Assembly: GCA_050613775.1 (NCBI GenBank)
Contig: JBODTK010000105.1
Span: 186,001-250,000, forward strand
Reading direction: 5' to 3'
Source of the DNA: Neocallimastix sp. 'constans'
Taxonomy: Eukaryota
Length of the DNA stretch: 64,000 bases
The notes beneath the pieces are model-generated. The model worked only from the letters and a program-made list of their open reading frames with translations, had not been told where the DNA came from and ran no database searches. Positions 25,284 through 37,538 of the stretch are shown here, in pieces (the first letter of the stretch is position 1; each line of letters opens with the position of its first letter). The position numbers and the translations under genes were made by a program.

Positions 25284-26070
25284 TAATACAGAATGAACAA
25301 ATAATACTAATTGTGCTAGAATAATATAAATTATTCTAACCTTATAGATTATTCTATTCTATATAATTGGAACTTTCCAATATTCTTCAAATATTACTAA
25401 ATAGAAATCTTAAGTTAATAAATCACTAATTAACTTATAATTCCTTTTTGAATTATCGATCCGATTCCATTATAATGTATTAAAAATCTTTAGCCAAGAA
25501 TATTGTCCTTGCCCACTTAATATATTAATATTATATTTCTTTTGTATTATGTTATATTGAAAATAATCAAATCTATTTAATTAGTTATTAAAATTTTCGT
25601 TATCAATTTAAATTTATTTTTAATTACTAAATTTAACTAAACCACAATAAAATATTCTGTATAATCTCTTTATTTTTATTTTATATATATTAGTATTAAA
25701 CTATTATTAAATAATTAATAATTCAATAATATATAACTACTATTTATAACAATAATATTATTAACTAAAATAATAATTCAATTTCAATTTAAATGTTTTA
25801 TTTATAAAAATAATTAGTAATTAGTTTATTAAAAAAATAGTTAGGCTTTACAAATTTTAATTTGATAAAAAAATATAAATACATGTAATTTTAGTGAAAT
25901 AAAATATAATCAATAACTTTCTTTTTATTAAATAAATAATTATATTATTATTTTTCTTTTATAAATTTAAATAAATAAACATTGATTTTAAAACAAATTA
26001 TTTTTTTTATTGTAATTTTATTATTTGTGTTAATTATTATTATATTCCTAAAATTATATGAACCATACCA
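25284..26070 (+). mobile_element. Array unit 3: solo LTR (family A, 787 bp)
   Basis: TAATAC...ATACCA ends, GAAA on both sides, near-identical to 32422-33208; no PBS or PPT. Strand is assumed from the neighbouring units. Confidence 0.8.
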
Positions 26071-26759
26071 GAAATGATACGGAACTAACTAATAATTCGT
26101 ATTATACTATTGGAAATTATAATTAAGTTTAATAACTTTATGTATTAAATATTTTAAACTATTTTTATAATTCCAAAATTTTATTCTTAATTTAAAATAA
26201 TTATATAAATTATCAAATTAAATTGATTAATGACTAATTATTAAAAAATTATTATTTAATTAAATTGATTAATGACTAATTATTAAAAAATCATTATTTA
26301 ATTAAATTGATTAATGACTAATTATTAAATAATTATTATCTTATATTAATTAAATTGTTTTATTATTATATTTAATTATTATTAATATTAAATTGTTTCA
26401 AGAATTATATTATCAAAAATATTACCAATAATTTTATTGTTAAATTTTTTAATTTTATCATTAATAATATTTGTCATTAAAGATAATATTAATTATATTA
26501 GTATTAATATTTTTATTATTAAAATAACTCTTAAAAAATATTATTTAAAATCACATGTAATAATTATACTAATAAGAATTAAAATAATTTAAATTATTAT
26601 AAAAATTCATGTAGTAAAAAAGTATAAAAGAAAAAGAAAATACTTAATAAAAAATCAGGAGTTAAAAAAATAAAAAAAAACTGGAAATTGAAATTAAATT
26701 ATTAACTAATATATTATTTTCATTTTTTTTTTGAAGTTTATTGTGTACCTGCACCAAAT

Positions 26760-26776
26760 TGGCGAGCTATGCAGGA
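26760..26776 (+). promoter_or_regulatory. Primer-binding site, probably tRNA-Arg
   Basis: TGGCGAGCTATGCAGGA resembles the tRNA-Arg(ACG)-type PBS TGGCGAGCCAGCCAGGA. Confidence 0.65.
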
Positions 26777-26899
26777 CACAAAGAAAATAATATGAAAAAT
26801 TAATAATTTAAATAAATATTAAGAAATTTTAATTATAAAAAAAAAAAAAATTAATTCTATATTAAAAATAATATAATAAAATAAATTAAATTGCCAAGA

Positions 26900-27784
26900 A
26901 TGAAAATCTTAGAACTTGAGGAACTACTACCTAGGCTTGATGAAGATGCTAGAGACGTTGATATCTGGGCCGAAGAATTCACAAGATTAATGAAATTAGC
27001 TGGTATTAACAATCCAGCTAGCATTCATACATGGGCGACTGAATGTGTTGAGGGCAAACTCAGGGGAGTCTTACAAGATCTGGTGAAAGTCAATGAAGAT
27101 GAAGAAGAAGAATTTCCTACTATGAAAAAAATAAAAGAAGCCTTAGAAGAAGCCTTAGAAATCACTCCACAGGATAAATGTAAAAGATTACAAAGATTAA
27201 AAATAAAAAGAGGAGAAAGTATTAAAAATTTTAATTGGCGATATAAAAAACTTTACAATAATTTACCAAGACTTTATCAATCTTTCATAACAGTGGAGGA
27301 TTATACTGAATCCATTTCATACCGACCTTTTGCTAGAGCCCAGGTTATAACTCAAAGATGTGTAGATCTCGAGGATGCATTTGAGGAAGCGGAATTAGCC
27401 GAAAGAGCCGAAGAGAGGAAAGAAACAAATGAAACTGTAATGTCTACTTTATATACTCGGGGGGTTTATTCAAACTTTTCTCAATCAAATAGAACTGGGA
27501 AACATCCTTTTAGATAATTTTCTGCCAATAATTATATAGAAGTTAACAACCCCAAAAGAAATATGAGAAGTCGCATTAATGATAAACTCTTAAATAAGAA
27601 TCCAAAATACGAGACTAACAATACATATAAAAGAACATATAAGTGTTTCAGATGTAACCAGGAAGGTCATGGTGTCAAGCAATGCCCTTATTCATTTAAG
27701 GAATTAGCTGAGTTAGAGGAAAAAGGTCAGATTTCAAAGGAATCTTTAAACTCCCAAATGGAAGAAGGAAAACTTCCCTTATAA
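26900..27784 (+). pseudogene. gag: gag with one in-frame TAA (27515-27517)
   Basis: ORFs 26891-27517 and 27563-27784 are in the same frame and separated by a single stop. The second part carries the knuckle CFRCNQEGHGVKQC and the slippery site. Confidence 0.88.
27745..27777 (+). promoter_or_regulatory. Predicted -1 ribosomal frameshift signal (unit 4)
   Basis: T TTA AAC in the gag frame followed by the stem GGAAG/CTTCC with an 8-nt loop. The -1 frame is open into pol at 27922. Confidence 0.8.
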
Positions 27785-27921
27785 AAACCATAAATGATAC
27801 TGAAACTGATGATATCGTAGCAGCTGTCACTAGGCAAACAAGACAATTAAATACAAAAAAGAAACCTTACGATAAACATCAGAAAATAGCCACATTAAAA
27901 GAAAATCCTCAACCAATAAAA

Positions 27922-30900
27922 ATGCTTTCGAAATCACAAACAAATGATCGAAAAATGGAAGTAGAAGTAGTAAATATTAATAATGAACCAAAAAGTAACA
28001 ATGAAGAAGAACCCTTAAATAACCCAAAAAATAGAGAAGAAACGGAAACCTTAAAAGAAATTGACTTGTCTGTGATAGCCAACCCATCAATAAACAAAGC
28101 AAAAAGGGATTCAAAGAAGGAAAGAATATCAGAAATAATGGATAAGAAACCCGAAGAAGAAGAAATGAGAAAAAATGTTAAAGCTAAACTACCCAGTACT
28201 CAAATGGAAGAAAAGAAGAATAAATGCGAAAGATTAAAAAATGATAAAAATAAAGAAGAAATGAGAATCGAAAATAAAAATGAAGAGAATCCAAATAACA
28301 AAAAGGAGAAGCACATTATTCTAATGGAAAACCAAGCAAAGTACGATCTTGTAACTGATTTAACATCTACCACAGCTAATATAACTCTGGCTCAATTGTT
28401 GGATATAAGTCCAAAATTACGAGCTCAACTTAATAAATTGTTAAAGCTAAAAGAAACACCTCATAACGGAAAAATGGAAGAAATGGTATTATCTACTGTC
28501 TCAAGGAAGGATATAGCTACTACTAAATGTAAAATTAACGGAGAAGATGAATTCGCCTTTTTAGATACATGTGCAAGCATCAACATAATAACGAGTAAGT
28601 TTTTAGGCAAGTTGAAAAATATAAAACCATTTGGTTATACAACTAACAATATTATACAGGTAACTTCGAAGACCCACATATCCTCTGAATTATATCATTT
28701 AACAGTTGAATTCAACGATTTCATTATTCAAGACGTATTTAGAGTAATAGAACATGATCAGGATCTGTTTGATATCTTGATAGGTTTTAGGACCTTAAAG
28801 GATAATAATTTATTCATTAATCCTATTCGTAATAGTCTATGTAAAATGAAGAAAGATGGTACATTTACAACAATCTCAGCTTTAGAAATAGATGAAGAAG
28901 AAAAAGAAATAGATGAAGAAGTAAAAATTGAAGAAACTGAAATGCAAGATAATCCAGACTCCATGTTATTTTGTTTCATAAACAAAGAATCAGCAGAAAT
29001 ACAGAATGAAATTACGATTAAGGAAAATAAAAAAGACAAAGAAGAAAATACAATCATTGAAGAAAAGAAGACAAGAATTGAACAAATTATAAAAAATACA
29101 ATAGAAGTAGTTAGAGGCCGATTCAAGGAACTATTAAAAGATAATATTGAAATCTTAGCAATAAAAATAGATGAATTAGGTTCAACAAAGTTATTACCGC
29201 ACCATATCAGTTTAGAAGAAAATACGATTCCAATCAAACAAAAAGCTTATCGATTATCTAAAGTACAAGCAGACGCCCTGAAGGAAGAGCTAATTAAATT
29301 ACTGAACAACCATTTAATTGAACCATCCAGTTCACCATGGTCTTCTCCAGTTATTCTTGTAAGGAAGAAGAATAATAAATGGAGAATGTGTATAGATTTT
29401 CGGAAGCTCAACAACGTTACTATTAAAGACGCTTATTCTCTGCCACTAATAGATGATATACTTTTCTCAATCGGAAAGAAAGTTAAAGTATTTTCAACAA
29501 TAGATTTATTCTCCGGCTTTTATCAAATTCCAATGTTCCATGAAGACATTCCCAAAACAAGTTTTACAACAATGTACGGTAATTACCAATTCCGGGTAAT
29601 GCCGTTTGGTTTATGCAATGCCCCAGGAACCTTCCAGAGAGAGATGAACAGGATATTTTTTCCGCTCATTGGGAAGTGTATGTTTATATATATAGATGAT
29701 TTAATCATATTCTCTCCAACTTTTGAACAACACATAGAAGATTTAAAGAAAGTATTTGATATCCTAAAGGATAATGGATTAAAAATCAATCTCGACAAAT
29801 GTGATTTTTTCAAGGAATCAGTTGAATTACTAGGCCACACAGTATCAATTGAAGGAATATCACCAATTAATAAAAAAATTGAGATTATACGTGAATGGTT
29901 ACCTCCTACCAACATCACGCAATTACAAACATTTCTTGGAGCAGTAGGTTATTATAGGAAGTTTATATACAACTTTGCAACAATTGCCAAACCTCTATTT
30001 AAACTACTTAAAAAGAATGTAAAATTCTCTTGTGAAGCTGTTCAACAAGAGAGCTTTGAAGAACTTAAACGAAGATTAATCACAGCCCCTATTTTATCAA
30101 TGCCTGATTTCGACAAACAATTTATAATCAGGACAGATGCCTCAAAAGATGGAATAGGTGGAGTCCTGATACAAAAAGATGAAAATAATATCGAAAAACC
30201 AATACATTATATGAGCAGAACTTTGAAACCAGCTGAAGTAAACTATGGGATTACAGATTTAGAAGGAGCTGCCGCCGCTTTTTGTGTTAAAAAATTTAAA
30301 TCCTATATTTCGGGAAGTAAATTCGAAATATTATTGTTCACAGATCACAAACCATTAATAAGTATATTCAAAAGTAAAGAAACCTTAAATGCCAGACAGT
30401 CAAGATGGGTAATTATGTTCTCTATGTTAAAAGTTAAAGTCATTTACGAACCAGGAAAACGTAATGTATTAGCGGATGCGTTATCTCGACTTAGATCAAA
30501 ACCATCGGAAGTAATAGCTACCTATTTAGAAGAAATTAATACAGGAAAAAATTCGTTATTAAAGAAGTTTGAAGAAAAATTTTCAAGAATAAACAATGAA
30601 GAATATTTTATAGATGGAGGCACATTCAGAAAAGTAATTAAAGAAGATAAAGAAAAAATTAAACTATTATTAGAAGCCCATAGGATAGGCCATGAGGGAA
30701 TCTTCAAAACGTATAACAGGCTCAAACGTGATTACTATTGGAATAACATGGTCTTGGATGTAAAATACATAGTCAATACGTGTAAACACTGCCAACTGTT
30801 CAAACCACAAACTTTCAATTCAAACACCGAACACATCCCAACAAAGCCGGGATTACCTTTTACCCAGGTAGGACTGGATATAGTAGGCCCTTTACCACAA

Positions 30901-31722
30901 ACAAAAAATGGAAATCAGTATATCCTAGTATTAGTCGATTATTTAACAAAGTGGGTTGAAGCTGAACCCACTGTCAAGATTGAATCTGATGATATAATAG
31001 GCTTCTTAACAAGAGTTTTCTCAAGACATGGAGTTCCCGAAATATTAATAACGGATAACGGTCCCCAGTTCAAGTCCGACAAAACTAAAGCTTTCCTAGA
31101 TTTATATGGTATTTATGTGCACTTTGTTTCTGTCTATCATCCTGAATCTAATGGTATGGTAGAAAACAGAAATAAAGAAATAGGAAAATATCTAAGAATA
31201 TTATGTAATAAAAATATAGAAAATTGGGATTTAATTCTACCAAGTGCTTTGTGGGCTCTCCGTACCTGCAAAAACGAAGTAACAAAATTTTCAAGCTTTG
31301 AATTACTCTACGGCCGTCGTGACTTACAACCCTTCGAGCTATCTTTAAATCTGGATAAAAAAGAAAAAGGTGAAAGTATTACGGAATACCTTATAAGAAA
31401 ATTTGCTAAACATTACCAATGGATTCATGAAGCAATTAATAATATCACTACAGCCAACAAAATTTGGGAAGACAGAAGGAACCAGATGAAAAGAATGAAA
31501 GCCAACTACAATCCAGGAGACCTAGTATTAATACGATTAATAAACAGAAGAAAATTAGATCCTTATTTCGTAGGCCCACTGAAAATCATCAAAAAGGAAT
31601 TTAATACAGTTACTCTCGCAGATCCTATTACCGGCGAAATTTCTGATAGGAATGTACATCTAAAAAATATAGTTCCTTATAAATTATGTGAATTAGAGAC
31701 TTCAGGGACGAAGTCTAAATAA
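27922..31722 (+). CDS. pol: Pol polyprotein (PR-RT-RH-IN); frame open from the slippery site at 27745
   Basis: Motifs FLDTCAS, PFGLCNAP, YIDD, TDAS, TDHKPL, HHCC, TDNGPQF and PYFVGPLKII. No chromodomain. Confidence 0.97.
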   Translation: MLSKSQTNDRKMEVEVVNINNEPKSNNEEEPLNNPKNREETETLKEIDLSVIANPSINKAKRDSKKERISEIMDKKPEEEEMRKNVKAKLPSTQMEEKKNKCERLKNDKNKEEMRIENKNEENPNNKKEKHIILMENQAKYDLVTDLTSTTANITLAQLLDISPKLRAQLNKLLKLKETPHNGKMEEMVLSTVSRKDIATTKCKINGEDEFAFLDTCASINIITSKFLGKLKNIKPFGYTTNNIIQVTSKTHISSELYHLTVEFNDFIIQDVFRVIEHDQDLFDILIGFRTLKDNNLFINPIRNSLCKMKKDGTFTTISALEIDEEEKEIDEEVKIEETEMQDNPDSMLFCFINKESAEIQNEITIKENKKDKEENTIIEEKKTRIEQIIKNTIEVVRGRFKELLKDNIEILAIKIDELGSTKLLPHHISLEENTIPIKQKAYRLSKVQADALKEELIKLLNNHLIEPSSSPWSSPVILVRKKNNKWRMCIDFRKLNNVTIKDAYSLPLIDDILFSIGKKVKVFSTIDLFSGFYQIPMFHEDIPKTSFTTMYGNYQFRVMPFGLCNAPGTFQREMNRIFFPLIGKCMFIYIDDLIIFSPTFEQHIEDLKKVFDILKDNGLKINLDKCDFFKESVELLGHTVSIEGISPINKKIEIIREWLPPTNITQLQTFLGAVGYYRKFIYNFATIAKPLFKLLKKNVKFSCEAVQQESFEELKRRLITAPILSMPDFDKQFIIRTDASKDGIGGVLIQKDENNIEKPIHYMSRTLKPAEVNYGITDLEGAAAAFCVKKFKSYISGSKFEILLFTDHKPLISIFKSKETLNARQSRWVIMFSMLKVKVIYEPGKRNVLADALSRLRSKPSEVIATYLEEINTGKNSLLKKFEEKFSRINNEEYFIDGGTFRKVIKEDKEKIKLLLEAHRIGHEGIFKTYNRLKRDYYWNNMVLDVKYIVNTCKHCQLFKPQTFNSNTEHIPTKPGLPFTQVGLDIVGPLPQTKNGNQYILVLVDYLTKWVEAEPTVKIESDDIIGFLTRVFSRHGVPEILITDNGPQFKSDKTKAFLDLYGIYVHFVSVYHPESNGMVENRNKEIGKYLRILCNKNIENWDLILPSALWALRTCKNEVTKFSSFELLYGRRDLQPFELSLNLDKKEKGESITEYLIRKFAKHYQWIHEAINNITTANKIWEDRRNQMKRMKANYNPGDLVLIRLINRRKLDPYFVGPLKIIKKEFNTVTLADPITGEISDRNVHLKNIVPYKLCELETSGTKSK

Positions 31723-32421
31723 AGAAAGGGCGTCATGATACGGAACTAACTAATAATTCGTATTATACTATTGGAAATTATAATTAAGTTTAATAACTTT
31801 ATGTATTAAATATTTTAAACTATTTTTATAATTCCAAAATTTTATTCTTAATTTAAAATAATTATATAAATTATCAAATTAAATTGATTAATGACTAATT
31901 ATTAAAAAATTATTATTTAATTAAATTGATTAATGACTAATTATTAAAAAATCATTATTTAATTAAATTGATTAATGACTAATTATTAAATAATTATTAT
32001 CTTATATTAATTAAATTGTTTTATTATTATATTTAATTATTATTAATATTAAATTGTTTCAAGAATTATATTATCAAAAATATTACCAATAATTTTATTG
32101 TTAAATTTTTTAATTTTATCATTAATAATATTTGTCATTAAAGATAATATTAATTATATTAGTATTAATATTTTTATTATTAAAATAACTCTTAAAAAAT
32201 ATTATTTAAAATCACATGTAATAATTATACTAATAAGAATTAAAATAATTTAAATTATTATAAAAATTCATGTAGTAAAAAAGTATAAAAGAAAAAGAAA
32301 ATACTTAATAAAAAATCAGGAGTTAAAAAAATAAAAAAAAACTGGAAATTGAAATTAAATTATTAACTAATATATTATTTTCATTTTTTTTTTGAAGTTT
32401 ATTGTGTACCTGCACCAGAAA

Positions 32422-33208
32422 TAATACAGAATGAACAAATAATACTAATTGTGCTAGAATAATATAAATTATTCTAACCTTATAGATTATTCTATTCTAT
32501 ATAATTGGAACTTTCCAATATTCTTCAAATATTACTAAATAGAAATCTTAAGTTAATAAATCACTAATTAACTTATAATTCCTTTTTGAATTATCGATCC
32601 GATTCCATTATAATGTATTAAAAATCTTTAGCCAAGAATATTGTCCTTGCCCACTTAATATATTAATATTATATTTCTTTTGTATTATGTTATATTGAAA
32701 ATAATCAAATCTATTTAATTAGTTATTAAAATTTTCGTTATCAATTTAAATTTATTTTTAATTACTAAATTTAACTAAACCACAATAAAATATTCTGTAT
32801 AATCTCTTTATTTTTATTTTATATATATTAGTATTAAACTATTATTAAATAATTAATAATTCAATAATATATAACTACTATTTATAACAATAATATTATT
32901 AACTAAAATAATAATTCAATTTCAATTTAAATGTTTTATTTATAAAAATAATTAGTAATTAGTTTATTAAAAAAATAGTTAGGCTTTACAAATTTTAATT
33001 TGATAAAAAAATATAAATACATGTAATTTTAGTGAAATAAAATATAATCAATAACTTTCTTTTTATTAAATAAATAATTATATTATTATTTTTCTTTTAT
33101 AAATTTAAATAAATAAATATTGATTTTAAAACAAATTATTTTTTTTATTGTAATTTTATTATTTGTGTTAATTATTATTATATTCCTAAAATTATATGAA
33201 CTATACCA
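32422..33208 (+). mobile_element. Array unit 5: solo LTR (family A, second copy)
   Basis: 787 bp; two C/T differences from 25284-26070 seen; left flank GAAA, right flank GAAG. Confidence 0.8.
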
Positions 33209-33212
33209 GAAG

Positions 33213-34348
33213 TAATACGGGGTGTCACTAAATACCTTGTATTTCCTATTAAATACTCTTAATAATAATAAAATAAAATTATTATTAAATATTCTTATTA
33301 AAATCTTTTATTAATATCAAATATAATAAAAATTATTATTAAATATTCTTATAAATTTCTTTTATTAATATTAAATATAATAAAAATTATTATTAAATAT
33401 TCTAATAAAAATCTTTTATTAATATCAAATATAATAAAAATTATTATTAAATATTCTTATAAAATTCTTTTATTAATATTAAATATAATAAAAATTATTA
33501 TTAAATATTCTTATTAAAATCTTTTATTAATATCAAATATAATAAAAATTATTATTAAATATTCTTATTAAAATCTTTTATTAATATCAAATATAATAAA
33601 AATTATTATTAAATATTCTAATAAAAATCTTTTATTAATATTAAATATAATAAAAATTATTATTAAATATTCTTATTAAAAATTATATAATATTTAAATC
33701 ATTATTAATTCTTATTTTTATATTAAGAATAATAAAAACCTATTTCAATAAATATTTGATATAAAATACAGAATTATAAGTTTCTGTATAATATTTTCTA
33801 AACCTCTGAAATAAACTAAAAATAAATCAAAAATCAAAAATAAATTAAATCTTTATTAAAAATAAAAATGAACTAAAATACACAATTTCAATAATAAAAA
33901 AATGATCTAAAATACAGAAAATATCAATTCTGTATAATTCTCTCTCTGAAAAACAATATCAAGAAGAAGCTACCGCCCGGAATGCCCTTCGTGATACAAT
34001 CTCTAAATTAATTTTTTATATTTTAATTTAATAAATGTTATTTTTTTTTTTTAAAAAAATAATTTAAAATAATAGTTAAAAATTAAAATAAAATAGTTAT
34101 AATAGTTTTTTTTATAAAGAATATATTAATAATAAATAAAATGTATTAAAATAAAAGTATAAAAAGAAGAATAAATTTCTTTCTTTTTAATACCAGGGAA
34201 CAAATAATTTTAATTTTAAATTTAAATAAAGAATATTTTAAAATTTAATTTTTTTTCTTGTTTCCAAATTTATTTTTATAGTTATGTGTTAATATTTATT
34301 TTTTTTTTTGTTTTGAATATCTTAGTGTTTCAACCCCAGCCCGTATCA
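33213..34348 (+). mobile_element. Array unit 6: solo LTR (family B, 1136 bp) with internal ~54-bp tandem repeats
   Basis: Inverted ends TAATACGGG...CCCGTATCA and GAAG on both sides. It has a TATA-like AAGTATAAAAAG block near 34155 resembling that of the unit 4 LTR, and tandem repeats at ~33275-33680. Confidence 0.8.
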
Positions 34349-34352
34349 GAAG

Positions 34353-36827
34353 TGACACGGTACCACCATAAATACCATAATTTAGTAAAATTTAGGTTAC
34401 TGAAATCTTATTGGTTAATAATAATTTAGTAATAATATATATAGTTAGTAAATAATAATAGTTTAAGGAAGGGTTCTTTTATTAATATTAATTTAGTTTA
34501 TTAATTTAACCTATAAACATGTTTATTAGTATAGTTTAGTGTAGTTTTATATTTAGTTTACATTAATAATATGAGAGATTTTAGTAATTAATTATATTTT
34601 ATTGAATGATTTAATTATATTTTAACTAATTAACAACTATTTATATTGATGATGTATTTTTACTGATGAATGATAATAAATAAATAAACTAAATAAACTA
34701 AATATTAAAGTGTGAATATTATTATTGTGTGTATTATTCTTATATAATATTAGAATATATTATTTTGTCAATTATTCCCTACTGTTATGGTCCAAATAAA
34801 ATAAAATAAATATTGATATTGATGTTTAATAAAAATATCGTATCATAATTTTGGTGGAGAATCCGGGCGTGACAGTAACAAGATAATATGAAAATAATAT
34901 TTATAGAATATAAATAATGCATAATAATAAATAATAAAATAAGTTTAATATATATGTGAAAAAAAAATAATAATATAATAATAAAGATAAAAATATTAAA
35001 TAATTAATAATAGTAAATAAATACATATATACATAATAATAAATAAATAAATAATTAAAATGGATATCTGTGAGTTGTTAAGAAGTTTACCATTATTGAA
35101 AAATTATGGTAAAGATGTAGACTTATGGATATATGATTTTGAAGAAGTTATGGATCTATGGGATATCCAGAATCCTAAAAGATTATTTGTATTTATGAAA
35201 GAATGTGTGGATTATGCTCTTAAAGAAGTTTTAAAAAGTATAGAAGAAAATGGAGAAAATAAAACTTATCCGTCAATTCAAATTATTAAAGAAGAAATTG
35301 AAAAATATTTGGGAATTACTCAAAACGATAAAATTTGGGAATTAAAAGAAATGAAAATTAAAACAAATGAATCAATTCCTATATTTAATATTAATTATAT
35401 TAGAAAATATAAAAATATTGATGAAGAAATGAGAAAATTAATTACAGTTGAAGATTATATAAACTCAATTAAGCCAAGAATATATCCATGTTTAAGGGTA
35501 TTAGAACAGGAATGTGAAAATATTGAAGAAGCAATTAAAATCGCGGAAAAGGCCAGTAGAATTGAAGAGAAATTAAAATTCAAAATAGATTTTAATAATT
35601 ATAAACAAAATTATAAAAATGATTATATAAATGAATATAATAATAATATTAATAAGAAAAATAATAAAATAATGTGCTTTAGATGTTATGAATTAGGCCA
35701 CAAAGCATTCAATTGTAAATATTCATTTAAAGAATTATCAATAATGGAAGAAAAAGGAATAATAGAAAAGAATAAAAGAAGTAATTATAAGGAAAATTTT
35801 AATAAGAAAAAAATATTTTTATATAATAAAAATAATTATAATAAATTATTTGGTAAAAATAATAATAATTATTATTATAATAATAATGGAAACTATTCTG
35901 GTAATGTTGATAATTGGAATAATAAACAAAACGATATTAATATAAATAAACAAAATAATTTAAATAATTACATGAGTAATAATAATAATAATTATCAAAA
36001 TAATAAGTTAAACACTCCAAGGTATAAATTCAATAATAATTATGATAACAATAAAAATTTTTATTGGACTAAAAATATTAAACATAGAAATTGGTATAAT
36101 AGTCTTGGTAATAATAATAATAATAATAATTATAATTACGGAATAAATAATAATAGTAACAATGATATTAATAATAATAATTGTAGAGGTGAAAACAACA
36201 ACAACAATAATAATAATAATAATAATGATAGAAATAACAGTTACACGAATTCTTATAGAAATAATTACAACAATAATAATTACAATAATAATGATAGCAA
36301 CAATAATAATTACAACAATGATAATTACAATAATAATAATAACAGTAATAATAATTTTAACAATAAAAATGATATAATTACTTATGAAAAGAATATAGAA
36401 AACCAAATTAGTAATTTCAATTATAATATTAATAAACCTGGAGTTAAGGAAAAAGGGATTTTTACTTCTAATGAAAATAAGAATTTTGACTATAGTAATA
36501 AAAATTTTGAAAGGATAAATACTAATTCAATATTTGTAAATAGTAATAAGAATAATAATGTTAATGAAAATAGTAATTATAATATTATACGTAACGCGGT
36601 AGGTTTAAAAAAAAAGGATTTTGGAATGGAAAATAATACAAAAAAAAAAATAAATAATAATTAATTAAATAATTTGAAATTTCAAAATCTCAAATTTCAA
36701 AATTAAAATTTAAAATTTTGAAATATATTTATTTTTATTATATATAGTTTAAAAATTTATTATTATAAAAATTTATTGTATATATATATATATAAATTTT
36801 ATATATATAAAAAAAAAAAAAAAATTT

Positions 36828-36858
<31 letters not shown>

Positions 36859-36870
36859 TTTATTACAAAA

Positions 36871-36914
<44 letters not shown>

Positions 36915-36931
36915 ATTACAAAAAAAAAATT

Positions 36932-36967
<36 letters not shown>

Positions 36968-37534
36968 ATTAAAAATGTAACTAAATTTTGGTGACTTCAA
37001 GGGACGAAGTCTAATTTCAGTGGGGGCATCTTGATACGGTACCACCATAAATACCATAATTTAGTGAAACTTAGGTTAGGAACTATTTGATAAAATCTTA
37101 TTGGTTAATAATAATTTAGTAATATTATATATAGTTAGTAAATAATAATAGTTTAAGGAAGGGTTCTTTTATTAATATTAATTTAGTTTATTAATTTAAC
37201 CTATAAACATGTTTATTAGTATAGTTTAGTGTAGTTTTATATTTAGTTTACATTAATAATATGAGAGATTTTAGTAATTAATTATATTTTATTGAATGAT
37301 TTAATTATATTTTAACTAATTAACAACTATTTATATTGATGATGTATTTTTACTGATGAATGATAATAAATAAATAAACTAAATAAACTAAATATTAAAG
37401 TGTGAATATTATTATTGTGTGTATTATTCTATATAATATTAGAATATATTATTTTGTCAATTATTCCCTACTGTTATCGTCCAAATAAAATAAAATAAAT
37501 ATTGATATTGATGTTTAATAAAAATATCGTATCA
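34353..37534 (+). mobile_element. Array unit 7: gag-only Ty3/Gypsy element with diverged LTRs
   Basis: LTRs 34353-34845 (493 bp) and 37032-37534 (503 bp) differ by several substitutions and indels. tRNA-Ala-type PBS at 34852-34868, PPT region at 37019-37026, GAAG flanks. Confidence 0.94.
35060..36664 (+). CDS. gag: Gag with CCHC knuckle and long Asn-rich tail
   Basis: 534 aa; knuckle CFRCYELGHKAFNC followed by YSFKELS.MEEKG, as in the other knuckle-bearing Gags. Confidence 0.9.
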   Translation: MDICELLRSLPLLKNYGKDVDLWIYDFEEVMDLWDIQNPKRLFVFMKECVDYALKEVLKSIEENGENKTYPSIQIIKEEIEKYLGITQNDKIWELKEMKIKTNESIPIFNINYIRKYKNIDEEMRKLITVEDYINSIKPRIYPCLRVLEQECENIEEAIKIAEKASRIEEKLKFKIDFNNYKQNYKNDYINEYNNNINKKNNKIMCFRCYELGHKAFNCKYSFKELSIMEEKGIIEKNKRSNYKENFNKKKIFLYNKNNYNKLFGKNNNNYYYNNNGNYSGNVDNWNNKQNDININKQNNLNNYMSNNNNNYQNNKLNTPRYKFNNNYDNNKNFYWTKNIKHRNWYNSLGNNNNNNNYNYGINNNSNNDINNNNCRGENNNNNNNNNNNDRNNSYTNSYRNNYNNNNYNNNDSNNNNYNNDNYNNNNNSNNNFNNKNDIITYEKNIENQISNFNYNINKPGVKEKGIFTSNENKNFDYSNKNFERINTNSIFVNSNKNNNVNENSNYNIIRNAVGLKKKDFGMENNTKKKINNN

Positions 37535-37538
37535 GAAG

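Larger units (their letters stand above)
26075..32417 (+). mobile_element. Array unit 4: full-length Ty3/Gypsy LTR retrotransposon (gag interrupted)
   Basis: 682-bp LTRs 26075-26756 and 31736-32417 (TGATAC...GCACCA; no differences seen), a PBS, gag and pol, PPT AAAGAAAGGG at 31721-31730, and GAAA flanks. Confidence 0.97.

Noticed and set aside
18106..30725. Antisense and alternate-frame ORFs within gag/pol
   Set aside because: They are shadows of the AAT-rich or codon-biased sense ORFs and are not conserved between U2 and U4.
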